This document shows, piece by piece, positions 53,388-64,000 of a stretch of 64,000 nt of DNA (its first letter is position 1; the number at the start of each line of letters is the position of its first letter). The position numbers and the translations under genes were made by a program. The notes under the pieces are model-generated. The model had not been told where the DNA came from and searched no databases. It saw nothing but the letters and a program-made list of their open reading frames with translations. Source of the DNA: Wickerhamiella versatilis (lineage: Eukaryota); NCBI GenBank assembly GCA_030867685.1, contig JAQOWU010000008.1, positions 744,001 through 808,000 on the forward strand, given 5' to 3'.

Positions 53388-55064
53388 CTAGAGAATTTCA
53401 ACAGGCTGGTCTGTCTTCTGTTTTTTAGTAGGCCCTTCTGAAAGGTCTATTACATCCGGCTCTTGTGGCAAGTCAATATCATCCTCGTCGGTCTCGCGTG
53501 AACGTTTAACAGATGGACGAAGAGGAATATCAATTGATTCAACAGTGATTTCATCACCCTCTGCAACATATAGTTCCAAATTTACCCTTCGATCATCGTC
53601 GTCAACGACCGTAACAAAATTATCGAGCAAATTCAAATCCTTTAGGCTTCTCTGGATGTTATCCTCAAAATCTGGATCATATATCAGCTTGTCCGTAACC
53701 AGTCCAACTTCATCATAACCCAACTTTCCCTTCAAAACTTCTTCAATAATAACTTCCAATGTTGATGAGCTTGGTGCTCTCAGAATGGTTCTGGCCACAC
53801 TGCTAACTGGACACTCATCGCTCGGTGGGGCCAATCGGTCACCAATAAGAGCTCTGGATCCATCTCGCCAAATGTTCACAGAGCGGAGGTCGTCATAATC
53901 TTCACACACTATTTTCAATGCTTCTACAACTCCCATGCCTGACACTACAGCATTCGTGGAAGCAATTGCGGGGATTATATTTCCCGCTATCTCTTTTATG
54001 TCAAACTTGCTCTTCTGCTCAATGCCAAATATATGTGAGCGTAGTACTGTAGCAGCCGCTACAAAAGTTAATGCATCATCGTCATCTTTATCAAAGTTAA
54101 GCGGGGCTCGTTTAGCGAGCTTTTCTGCGCTGTCCTTAAATACGGCCAAAGCTTCTGATGGAGACCAGATGCGTTGATCCTGATCCTCAACCTCATTCAC
54201 ATTTACATTGGCAGGCTTAATGTCAAGAGGAACGGGACGCGATCGTCCTATCCACATTTCTTCATTTGCAGATGCAAGGCGATCAATATCAACGACATAA
54301 ACTTTTTGGATAACACTTGACACGAAATCCGGCGAATTTATATTTTTCTTGAGCTCAGCAAGTTCATTGTGCTCTTTGCGGAGATTCTCAAGTTCACCGG
54401 CATCTTCGTCTGCGCCATTAGTGTCGGGGACCTCGCTACTAACACTATCTTCACCGAACAGTAAGTTAAATAAGTAGCTCTTTGACCAGAGCACGCAATG
54501 AATAGGCTGACTCGGAGTACTTCTGATTGTGCAGACAGGGTACTGCGTTGGTGCCGGATGGGATCGACAGTCATAACATTCACTTTTGCCGGGCAGGATG
54601 ACTTGAACTTGACCGCTAAACCCAGCTGTACCACAATCTATAAGCGGCACCCCTGTGGAAACGCACATGCGGTTTACATGACGTCTTGCTTCAGCGTTAT
54701 CTAATGCGTTGAAGGCTACATTAAACTGTTTAAACCAAGATGGCTTAAATAGCGGATCTGTGATAATATTTGCGTCGTGGGGGTATATATGGACATTGGG
54801 GTTAAATTTACCCGCAACATCAGCCGCAACCTTTGCTTTAGACTGCTTTATATGCTCCGGTCCAAATAAGAACTGCCGGTTCAAATTGCTCAAGTCAATA
54901 GTGTCCAGATCCACAATATGAATTTCCTTAAACCCAGCCAAGGAGAGATCTTTAACTACTTCACAGCCAATACCACCAGCACCGACAAGAAGTACCTTGG
55001 ATTGCTGAATCCTTGCTACTCCCTCGGAACCAAGTAGCTTTTCAAGACCTGCTATGCGTCCCAT
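53388..55064 (-). CDS. UBA2: SUMO E1 catalytic subunit
   Basis: Motifs VGAGGIGCE, DLSNLNRQFLF, catalytic PVCTIRSTP and IIPAIASTNA. Start at MGRIAG. Confidence 0.93.
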   Translation of the reverse strand: MGRIAGLEKLLGSEGVARIQQSKVLLVGAGGIGCEVVKDLSLAGFKEIHIVDLDTIDLSNLNRQFLFGPEHIKQSKAKVAADVAGKFNPNVHIYPHDANIITDPLFKPSWFKQFNVAFNALDNAEARRHVNRMCVSTGVPLIDCGTAGFSGQVQVILPGKSECYDCRSHPAPTQYPVCTIRSTPSQPIHCVLWSKSYLFNLLFGEDSVSSEVPDTNGADEDAGELENLRKEHNELAELKKNINSPDFVSSVIQKVYVVDIDRLASANEEMWIGRSRPVPLDIKPANVNVNEVEDQDQRIWSPSEALAVFKDSAEKLAKRAPLNFDKDDDDALTFVAAATVLRSHIFGIEQKSKFDIKEIAGNIIPAIASTNAVVSGMGVVEALKIVCEDYDDLRSVNIWRDGSRALIGDRLAPPSDECPVSSVARTILRAPSSSTLEVIIEEVLKGKLGYDEVGLVTDKLIYDPDFEDNIQRSLKDLNLLDNFVTVVDDDDRRVNLELYVAEGDEITVESIDIPLRPSVKRSRETDEDDIDLPQEPDVIDLSEGPTKKQKTDQPVEIL

Positions 55065-55382
55065 CAATACTCGATGAATAATAATGTTGCATAGGTGAAG
55101 TAGGCGACATGCTATTGTCAAGAGAGGACCGGAGGAAGTGATTTTATCCCCCCACAAATTTAGTTTTGTTTCACCAGATATGTATCTTACCAGAAGTATA
55201 TAAGTGCTTCCCTTCAAATGGCTTAATATGCCTTAGAAAGTTATTCGCGTACTGTTAGCTATTGACTGAGTGCTTTAACTTATTGGTTTGGTTAACAATT
55301 CCAAAGATTTAGGGCTTTTTTTAGCATTGTCGTAACTTTACTTCTCTGGCAGGTCGGATACATCGAGTGATTAAGTGGCTGA

Positions 55383-56117
<735 letters not shown>

Positions 56118-56246
56118 ATAAAGGGGGAGCGCATTTATCTCTCAATCTATATTATTCGTACCTAGCACATTTCGAAATTACTAATAAAATCGGCTTTTAC
56201 TGTAATGCCCAATGAGTAGCTCGCTCCGATTTGTCAGTTTGTCACC

Positions 56247-57365
56247 ATGTTGTCTGCCGGCAAAGCTGCTTTGTGTAGACCTGCAAGTTTAGTGCTTCCT
56301 CTTGCTAGCAGATCTTATGCCACTTCTGTTGCCTCATACAATGCTCAGAAAAATGAAAATGGTAGATATGTCGTTCCCATCATTGAAGGTGATGGTATCG
56401 GCCCTGAGATTTCGCAGGCCGTGAAGGATGTGTTCGGAGCAGCCAAAGTTCCTGTTGACTGGGTCCCTGTAGATGTGACCCCACGTCTGGTTAATGGAAA
56501 GACTGCTATTCCTGAAGAGACAATCGAAATCATAAACAAAAACAAAATTGCTCTTAAGGGTCCTCTCGCTACACCGGTCGGAAAGGGTCATGTCAGTCTT
56601 AATCTGACGCTTAGACGTACCTTCAACCTTTTCGCCAATGTGAGGCCATGCAAGAGCATTGCAGGCTACAAGACAGCCTATGACGATGTGAATACTGTTC
56701 TAATTCGTGAGAACACGGAGGGTGAGTATTCTGGTATAGAGCACACTGTCGTTCCTGGTGTGGTTCAGTCGATTAAATTGATTACGCGTCCTGCTAGTGA
56801 GCGTGTTTGCCGTTACGCGTTCGAGTATGCTCGCCAGCAGGGTAAGAAGAAGGTTTTGGTTGTGCACAAGGCAACTGTCATGAAGTTGGGTGATGGCTTG
56901 TTCTTGGATTCGGCCCTTGCTGTTGGAAAGGATTATCCTGATATTGAAATCACTACTGAGCTCATTGATAACACTTGTCTGCGTATGGTTACTGATCCTC
57001 ATGTTTATGAGCCATACGTCATGGTGATGCCCAACTTGTATGGTGATATCATGTCTGACCTTTGCTCCGGTTTGATTGGTGGACTAGGCCTCACACCCTC
57101 GGGAAATATGGGTACTGAGACCTCTATCTTCGAAGCCGTCCACGGATCGGCACCAGATATTGCTGGCAAGGGCTTGGCCAACCCAACTGCTCTTCTTCTC
57201 TCGTCTGTGATGATGCTCCGTCATATGCAGTTGTTCGAAAAGGCTGACAAGATTGAGCAGGCTGTACTTAGCACCTTGGCTTCTGGTAAGGAAAATATCA
57301 CCGGAGACCTTAAGGGTACTGCCACCACAAAGCACTTTACGGAGCAGGTGGTCTCGCGTCTTTAA
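56247..57365 (+). CDS. IDH2: Mitochondrial NAD-isocitrate dehydrogenase catalytic subunit
   Basis: Motifs [27 protein letters not shown] and [12 protein letters not shown]. Confidence 0.93.
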   Translation: MLSAGKAALCRPASLVLPLASRSYATSVASYNAQKNENGRYVVPIIEGDGIGPEISQAVKDVFGAAKVPVDWVPVDVTPRLVNGKTAIPEETIEIINKNKIALKGPLATPVGKGHVSLNLTLRRTFNLFANVRPCKSIAGYKTAYDDVNTVLIRENTEGEYSGIEHTVVPGVVQSIKLITRPASERVCRYAFEYARQQGKKKVLVVHKATVMKLGDGLFLDSALAVGKDYPDIEITTELIDNTCLRMVTDPHVYEPYVMVMPNLYGDIMSDLCSGLIGGLGLTPSGNMGTETSIFEAVHGSAPDIAGKGLANPTALLLSSVMMLRHMQLFEKADKIEQAVLSTLASGKENITGDLKGTATTKHFTEQVVSRL

Positions 57366-57535
57366 ATTTATCATAGATAGAAAAACCTCTTAGGACTATA
57401 TGACGTGCCATTTTTAGGAGTGAAACTAAAAATAATTTCAACTTGTTCGTTACGACCGTTGGTCTATCAATGCTGCCAAAAGAGTATGAGCATACTTAGC
57501 CGCACCCCCCACTGGATGAACGAGCTCGGGCTGAT

Positions 57536-58963
57536 TTAAGCATACTTTTCCATGAAACGGCGATGAAAGTTCACAAATTTATCACTCAGGTCTGGACCCC
57601 CTGGTGCTAAGAATGTAGTACGAAAGTGATACGTGTTTGGCACTTGTCCGAACCCTGAACCTGGAACGACACAAATTCCAGTCTCGTTCAGCAAATCCAT
57701 AGCATACATCTCATCAGCGGCCACTCCTTTCAGAGCTGCAGCCTCAATGGCTTTTTTGGGCATCTCAATCCTTGGGAACAGATACATTGCACCTTGAGGG
57801 GGTTGGCATTCAACACCAGGCATTTTTACGAAAGCATTATAGAGGTTCATAGCACGAGAGTAGAGAGTCTCCAAAATTGAATTGGATTCAGCCTTATACT
57901 GGTCATAACTTTCGTCTTCTGGCTTTGGCGGGTTTACCATCAACTCGGTCAAAATCTGACCACCTACGGGTGGGCAAAGTTCAACACTTGCCAATTTGTA
58001 GACTTGATCTAGAAACTCCTGTGGGAATCCTACCAACTCCATGTAGCCACCACGCTGGCCACATTCACCTACAAATCCTTTAGAAGTGGAGTGCACGGAA
58101 CAGAGCGGTACGTTTTCAATCTCGGGATCGCTCAACAACATCTCGCTGCGGACCTTCTTGAAAGAGACGAACTCTTTTTCATTAAAAATATTCGTCTGAT
58201 ATACCTCATCTGCCAAAACTGCAAGGTCATGACGTTGGGCTACTTGGAGTATTTCTTTGATATCCTGCGGGGTGAGAACACTCCCCGTCGGGTTACCGGG
58301 ATTAATGACGACAAGCAGGCTGGGATTGAGGCCATCATTTTTTGCAGCTACAATTTTTTCCTCAATACTCTTTGCAGTCGTTTTCCAGCCTTGAGATTCA
58401 TCCAGATAATAGCTAATGGGGCTAGCACCATTTAGCGTAAGTGTGGCGGAATACAAAGGATATTGCGGAATGGGGATAAGAACGCCAGTCTTTTCACTTG
58501 TAGTAAGAAGTTGGATTAAACGCTGTACACCAGCAGAGGCTCCAGTCAAAGTAAAGATACTGTCAGGATTAGCAGGAAAGCCATCTCTTCTCTCTATAAA
58601 TTTAGCAATACTTTCCCGAATCACAGGTGGGCCATTTGAAGTCGAGTAGGCACCAACTGAGCCAATCGACGAAAGTAAAAATTTGGCACGCTGAATCGCG
58701 TCATTTTTGTAGACTTTTGGTGGGTTCTTCAGAAGTTCTGGGTACTCCACGAGGGATAGAACTTGACGAAAAAAAGTAACAGGCTTTTGATCCAACTGTT
58801 GTGGGTTGCCGATATTTAGATTCGTGACCTTCGCGATAGGATGAGATGAGGAGTCTTTGGCCAGCTCAGCCCTTATTTGCTCTGCACGGAGAGCTATTTG
58901 CCCTCGTACTGCGTACTGTGCATCCAAAACCTTCTTGCTGATATTTGAAATGCGAAGCACCAT
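57536..58963 (-). CDS. ALT1: Alanine aminotransferase
   Basis: Motifs YAVRG, NIGNPQ, INPGNPTG, DEVYQ and STSKG..GECGQRGG. Confidence 0.92.
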   Translation of the reverse strand: MVLRISNISKKVLDAQYAVRGQIALRAEQIRAELAKDSSSHPIAKVTNLNIGNPQQLDQKPVTFFRQVLSLVEYPELLKNPPKVYKNDAIQRAKFLLSSIGSVGAYSTSNGPPVIRESIAKFIERRDGFPANPDSIFTLTGASAGVQRLIQLLTTSEKTGVLIPIPQYPLYSATLTLNGASPISYYLDESQGWKTTAKSIEEKIVAAKNDGLNPSLLVVINPGNPTGSVLTPQDIKEILQVAQRHDLAVLADEVYQTNIFNEKEFVSFKKVRSEMLLSDPEIENVPLCSVHSTSKGFVGECGQRGGYMELVGFPQEFLDQVYKLASVELCPPVGGQILTELMVNPPKPEDESYDQYKAESNSILETLYSRAMNLYNAFVKMPGVECQPPQGAMYLFPRIEMPKKAIEAAALKGVAADEMYAMDLLNETGICVVPGSGFGQVPNTYHFRTTFLAPGGPDLSDKFVNFHRRFMEKYA

Positions 58964-59093
58964 CGACTAAATTAACCTCGTTATCTAGCTTATGTGAGCT
59001 AAATATATTCTCTCTTTTTCTAGGGAGTGTGTTGATGGCTGCCTATAGAGGTCAGTTTATATTTTAACAAAGGATGAAGTGTTCTAGGTATTA

Positions 59094-60761
59094 TTATGGT
59101 ATATTATTATTTTGCTCGTTAGGGGAAAGCTTGGCCATTCTGTCATTGGCTTTTCGGAGGTAAGCTATAACGCGGTCCTGATCCTCGATACGCTCGCGAA
59201 GCTCTTTAAGCTCCAATCTATCAGAACTTGCAATTTTTTCTGGAACCGCTGGTTCTGGTGATTTTGGAGGTAATGGAGGAGCAACACCTAGTGATGCCAG
59301 CTCACTGTTAGTTTGCGCTATTTCTTCACCGAGCTGGCGAATTCGCCCCTGTAGCTTTTTATTCTCACGCAATAATCTCTCATTCTCTATCATGCTTGCC
59401 TGATATCTATCTTCAGTTGCTCCCTCAATGCCAGCAAGCTGTTCCAGTGAGGTGTCATTTCTTTCATCTTCCGCATTAACGTGTAGATCTAGCTGCTCCT
59501 GTAAATCTCCGATCGCTGATTGAGCTGCTACCAACTCAAGTTTAAGTGAATTATTTTCTTGACGCAAAATTTCAATCACCTGAGCCTGTTTTTCACTTCC
59601 TCCATCATCAAATAAATTATTTCTCTTGGCGACAACAACAATATTTTTTGCCTTAGCCGCAAAGCGTAAGGTGTTGAGTGTTTCAGTGTTTGCAATGGGG
59701 TCCAAATCAACAGTACAGAGAACAGACACCAACGCGTGGCCCGATAGTGAGGGCTGCAAAAGTCGTGTGAGTTTGGAATCGCGGTAAGGAACATGTCCAC
59801 CACCACCTTGGGATAATCGTGAGATAATTGTACTCAAAGTTAGTAGCGATTTGTTAATGTAAGCTCCTTCCTTGCGCCGAGCCATTTCTACGACGGCTTT
59901 CTCACTTCCTGCCAGGTCGCAGAGGTATAGCACACTTTGCTGAGCATTAGTAGTAACTGTCACTTGTACAACAGCATGGCTCCGGGAGGATCGCTCGTTG
60001 AACTCGGTAGAGGAGGTTTTTCTAATTGTGTCTCCTTGAGCTACTGCATCAAGGAGCTCTTCAGCCGAGTTCACTTCAACCTCAGTCAATCCAACTGCAC
60101 GTACTCCATTGCCGGTATCATCCCTCAGAGCAATCTCAGGAACGGAGTCGGATCTAACGTTGCTAAGAAGATCGCCTACCCGCTCGTTGTAGATCTCAAG
60201 ATATGAGACGCGAACTTTGGAAGTCCTAGGATTTAGAAGCCGGAATAGGAGCTCCGCAGAGAGCATGATAATACCCGGGTCATTATCATCACCTTGCATT
60301 GTCCACGTTTTTCCCGAACCGGTCATACCATAGGCAAAAACCGTTGCATTATACCCATTTACAACCTGGGTCACAAGGTGACGCACAGAGCGTTCAAATA
60401 TCTTTGCATTAGTGTCATGTCCCTCGAAAACAGCATCAAATCCAAAGTCACCAGCGTTAGGATGGCGTATCATATCCTGATTGCCACTTACGATCCAACT
60501 ACTATTACATCTCCCACTAAAATCAGGCTTTGCTCGAACACCAACATGTATAGTGCCCCGATATACAGGGGAAGATGTTCCCAATCGACTGGAGGATCTT
60601 GGTGCTGAAAGGGTCATCATAGATGCCGGTCGTCTCAGAACCCGGTCCGTGGGCGTGGCAGGCGGCTGCGGGGGACTCATAGGAAATGCAGGAAGACGTA
60701 AAGCTGAAGGAGTCTGACCCTGTCGCGACAATGCTGTGCGAGACGGGGTACGCGAATTCAT
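59094..60761 (-). CDS. KIP2: Kip2-like kinesin
   Basis: Motifs YGMTGSGKT, NERSSRSH, DLAGSE and HVPYRDSKLTRLLQ, with an S/P/R-rich N-terminus and coiled-coil tail. First ATG at 60761. Confidence 0.85.
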   Translation of the reverse strand: MNSRTPSRTALSRQGQTPSALRLPAFPMSPPQPPATPTDRVLRRPASMMTLSAPRSSSRLGTSSPVYRGTIHVGVRAKPDFSGRCNSSWIVSGNQDMIRHPNAGDFGFDAVFEGHDTNAKIFERSVRHLVTQVVNGYNATVFAYGMTGSGKTWTMQGDDNDPGIIMLSAELLFRLLNPRTSKVRVSYLEIYNERVGDLLSNVRSDSVPEIALRDDTGNGVRAVGLTEVEVNSAEELLDAVAQGDTIRKTSSTEFNERSSRSHAVVQVTVTTNAQQSVLYLCDLAGSEKAVVEMARRKEGAYINKSLLTLSTIISRLSQGGGGHVPYRDSKLTRLLQPSLSGHALVSVLCTVDLDPIANTETLNTLRFAAKAKNIVVVAKRNNLFDDGGSEKQAQVIEILRQENNSLKLELVAAQSAIGDLQEQLDLHVNAEDERNDTSLEQLAGIEGATEDRYQASMIENERLLRENKKLQGRIRQLGEEIAQTNSELASLGVAPPLPPKSPEPAVPEKIASSDRLELKELRERIEDQDRVIAYLRKANDRMAKLSPNEQNNNIP

Positions 60762-61018
60762 GTTACGCGACGTACCTCGTTTGTTTTGATCAAAGTACGT
60801 TGTGGGCAAACAACACCCCTAACCCACATAAAGCTCAATTGACACCTTTGACCGAAACTATCGCAGATGTTAAATTAGATTAAGAGATTGAGTTGGTATA
60901 GTAGATCAGATTAACCAGGAATCACTTGAGTGGAAGTGAAAACAAAAGTGAAAAGCCATAACCAATAAGAAGCTAAGTAACTAAGGAAAGGTAATTACTA
61001 TTATTTTTGTTACGAACC

Positions 61019-61160
61019 ACGCGTATGAAGAGAATTAGTGGTTCCTGAATGGTTCGATCGTCGTACTGGCTCAAGCAATTAAAAGACAGACGCCTGGTAT
61101 AATTGAGACTATGTGCCACTATGATTATGTGATGTTAAACAATGAACGAGGTTGACGCGT
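61019..61160. promoter_or_regulatory. Two MCB-like ACGCGT elements in the KIP2/tropomyosin divergent promoter
   Basis: ACGCGT at 61019-61024 and 61155-61160. Confidence 0.4.
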
Positions 61161-61199
61161 GGGAGGTACACGCGCTGACAAAACCACCCACGTACACAG

Positions 61200-61685
61200 A
61201 TGGATCGCATCAAAGAGAAACTTTCGCAGCTGAAAATTGAGGCCGAGGATGCCCAGGTAAAGCTCGAGGAATCTGAGAAGCGTGCTCGTGACCTTGAGGA
61301 TGAAAGCACGAAGCAGGAGCAGCAGATTTCGTCCTTGGTTCACAAGAATACCCAGCTTGAGGAAGAAATTGAGGAGCTCGAAAAGAAGCTGAAGGAAGCG
61401 AAGGCGGATGCCGAGGAGAATGCAGACGCTGGAGAAGAAAAGGATGTGCTACGTTCGAAGGTTTCTGCCCTCGAGGAAGAGCTGGAGGACTCTGACAAGA
61501 AGCGGGCTGAGGCTGAGGCTAAGGTCAAGGAACTTGAGGTGAAGCTCGAGGCCAGCGAGCGTCGCATTACTTCAGTTGAAGAGGAGCGTGACCTCACGGA
61601 GAAGAAGCTTGATGAAATGACTCAGAAGCACAGCCAGGCCCAGACCGACCTGGAGGAGATTACCACACAGCTTGAAGCCCTTTAA
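61200..61685 (+). CDS. Tropomyosin (161 aa)
   Basis: N-terminus MDRIKEKLSQLKIEAE, continuous coiled coil, and a length typical of Tpm2/Cdc8. Confidence 0.9.
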   Translation: MDRIKEKLSQLKIEAEDAQVKLEESEKRARDLEDESTKQEQQISSLVHKNTQLEEEIEELEKKLKEAKADAEENADAGEEKDVLRSKVSALEEELEDSDKKRAEAEAKVKELEVKLEASERRITSVEEERDLTEKKLDEMTQKHSQAQTDLEEITTQLEAL

Positions 61686-61804
61686 GTTATACAGTTAGCA
61701 TAAATCTTCAAGAGCCAATGAAAGGCTCATAGACCTTTCTCAAATGCCGGGAAATACGCTAGCTACTTAGTTACTTACACTATCGATTCGAAGCAATTTT
61801 CTAG

Positions 61805-63076
<1,272 letters not shown>

Positions 63077-63266
63077 TTAGCTAGGATATTGATGGGCGAG
63101 GGTGGCGACTGATGAGGGAACTGGGCTAGGGTATAAGTCTAAACTAGTCCAATAACCAGGCAAAAGTAACCATGTTGCCCAAACGGAATTAAGCGTGGGT
63201 ATATATAGTCTATGAAGCAATGCTAGGAAGAAAACGACATACTGTTAACGGCACATTAAATAACAT

Positions 63267-63860
63267 TTAGATATTGGGTGGAAGGAGCAATGCAGCCACC
63301 ACGCTACCTCGCTCAGAGGCAAGAAGGTCGAAGTTACTTGCACTATTAAGGGTGGTCCCTATTTCTGTCTGCATCCCACGACTGACAAAATAATTTTTTG
63401 TAGCCTGGCCAAGAATTCGACTCTTACCTCCAAGGCCCAATACCAAGAGTTCGGGCTTGGGATGCACGACGTCAAATATTGCTAGTAGCTTGTCTTTATC
63501 CAGCTCCACGCGACCCGACTGGATACCCTTCACCGAATCATCGTCCATATTTACCACAAACGCTTCACGGCCTAATAGGATAAGTCCCTTTAGTGCACCG
63601 GGCTTCGATTCAATTCTAGCCCCACTTGTTAGCACAAAGCCGTTGGAAGTTACACTTTCAATATTATTTGCCGGTGTTACTTGATCAGCGATGTTGAAAT
63701 CCTCTATAGTATTTGTTTTTTTTGGTGCATTGGCGAGAACATCAATGGGTTCTGATCGAGGAACTTTATTGGGGTCAGGTTTCAAAATCTTGCTTGACAG
63801 AAAAAGCCTTGGTACTACACTGGCAACCCGAAAGCGTCGAGGAGCGTAACGTAGAAGCAT
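63267..63860 (-). CDS. Mth938/DUF498 protein, NDUFAF3-like complex I assembly factor
   Basis: Mitochondrial presequence, HPKPELLVLGLG and NSASNFDLLASER..VAALL. Start is at 63860 or slightly upstream. Confidence 0.8.
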   Translation of the reverse strand: MLLRYAPRRFRVASVVPRLFLSSKILKPDPNKVPRSEPIDVLANAPKKTNTIEDFNIADQVTPANNIESVTSNGFVLTSGARIESKPGALKGLILLGREAFVVNMDDDSVKGIQSGRVELDKDKLLAIFDVVHPKPELLVLGLGGKSRILGQATKNYFVSRGMQTEIGTTLNSASNFDLLASERGSVVAALLLPPNI

Positions 63861-64000
63861 AGTGTCTTGCGTACGTAATCGAATTTGCACCTCCCATTAG
63901 TTCGAGATTTCTCCTACATGCCTGTTAGCGCCATTAAAGGTGTGCAGACCTCCATCCAAAATGGTATTGGTGCATTTGTTCAGCCATGTAAGAAGATAAC

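Overview
Gene-dense, almost intron-free nuclear DNA from a budding yeast (Saccharomycotina) that uses the standard code: CTG sits at the invariant Leu67 of ubiquitin. The compaction and gene content suggest an early-diverging lineage such as Wickerhamiella/Starmerella or relatives, which is an inference. The window holds about 39 protein-coding genes, mostly housekeeping (SKI2, LAS1, NUP82, RBG1, FUN12, POP1, ALG9, ADE12, EF-2, TRS120, COG4, ADE8, PUP1, ubiquitin, Moco sulfurase, DSK2, VPS17, UBA2, DPM1, IDH2, KIP2, tropomyosin, PEP4 and others), plus one tRNA-Ala(AGC). The main finding is invisible to the ORF track. On the minus strand at 14119-14404, just upstream of SDH8, two box C/D snoRNAs (an snR190-like RNA and U14/snR128) each fill a spliceosomal intron. 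The two introns overlap by one nucleotide (CA-G-TAAGT), so removing the first rebuilds the donor of the second, as in a [D1,2] stwintron. The unit ends 28 nt before the SDH8 start codon. Secondary findings: a divergent EF-2 with sordarin-resistance-type residues, a subtilisin with no propeptide, a two-unit polyubiquitin, a 32-bp head-to-head POP1/ALG9 gap, a shared GTGGCGAC motif upstream of proteostasis genes, and gene adjacencies also found in S. cerevisiae. All homology calls come from recognising motifs by eye, not from database searches.
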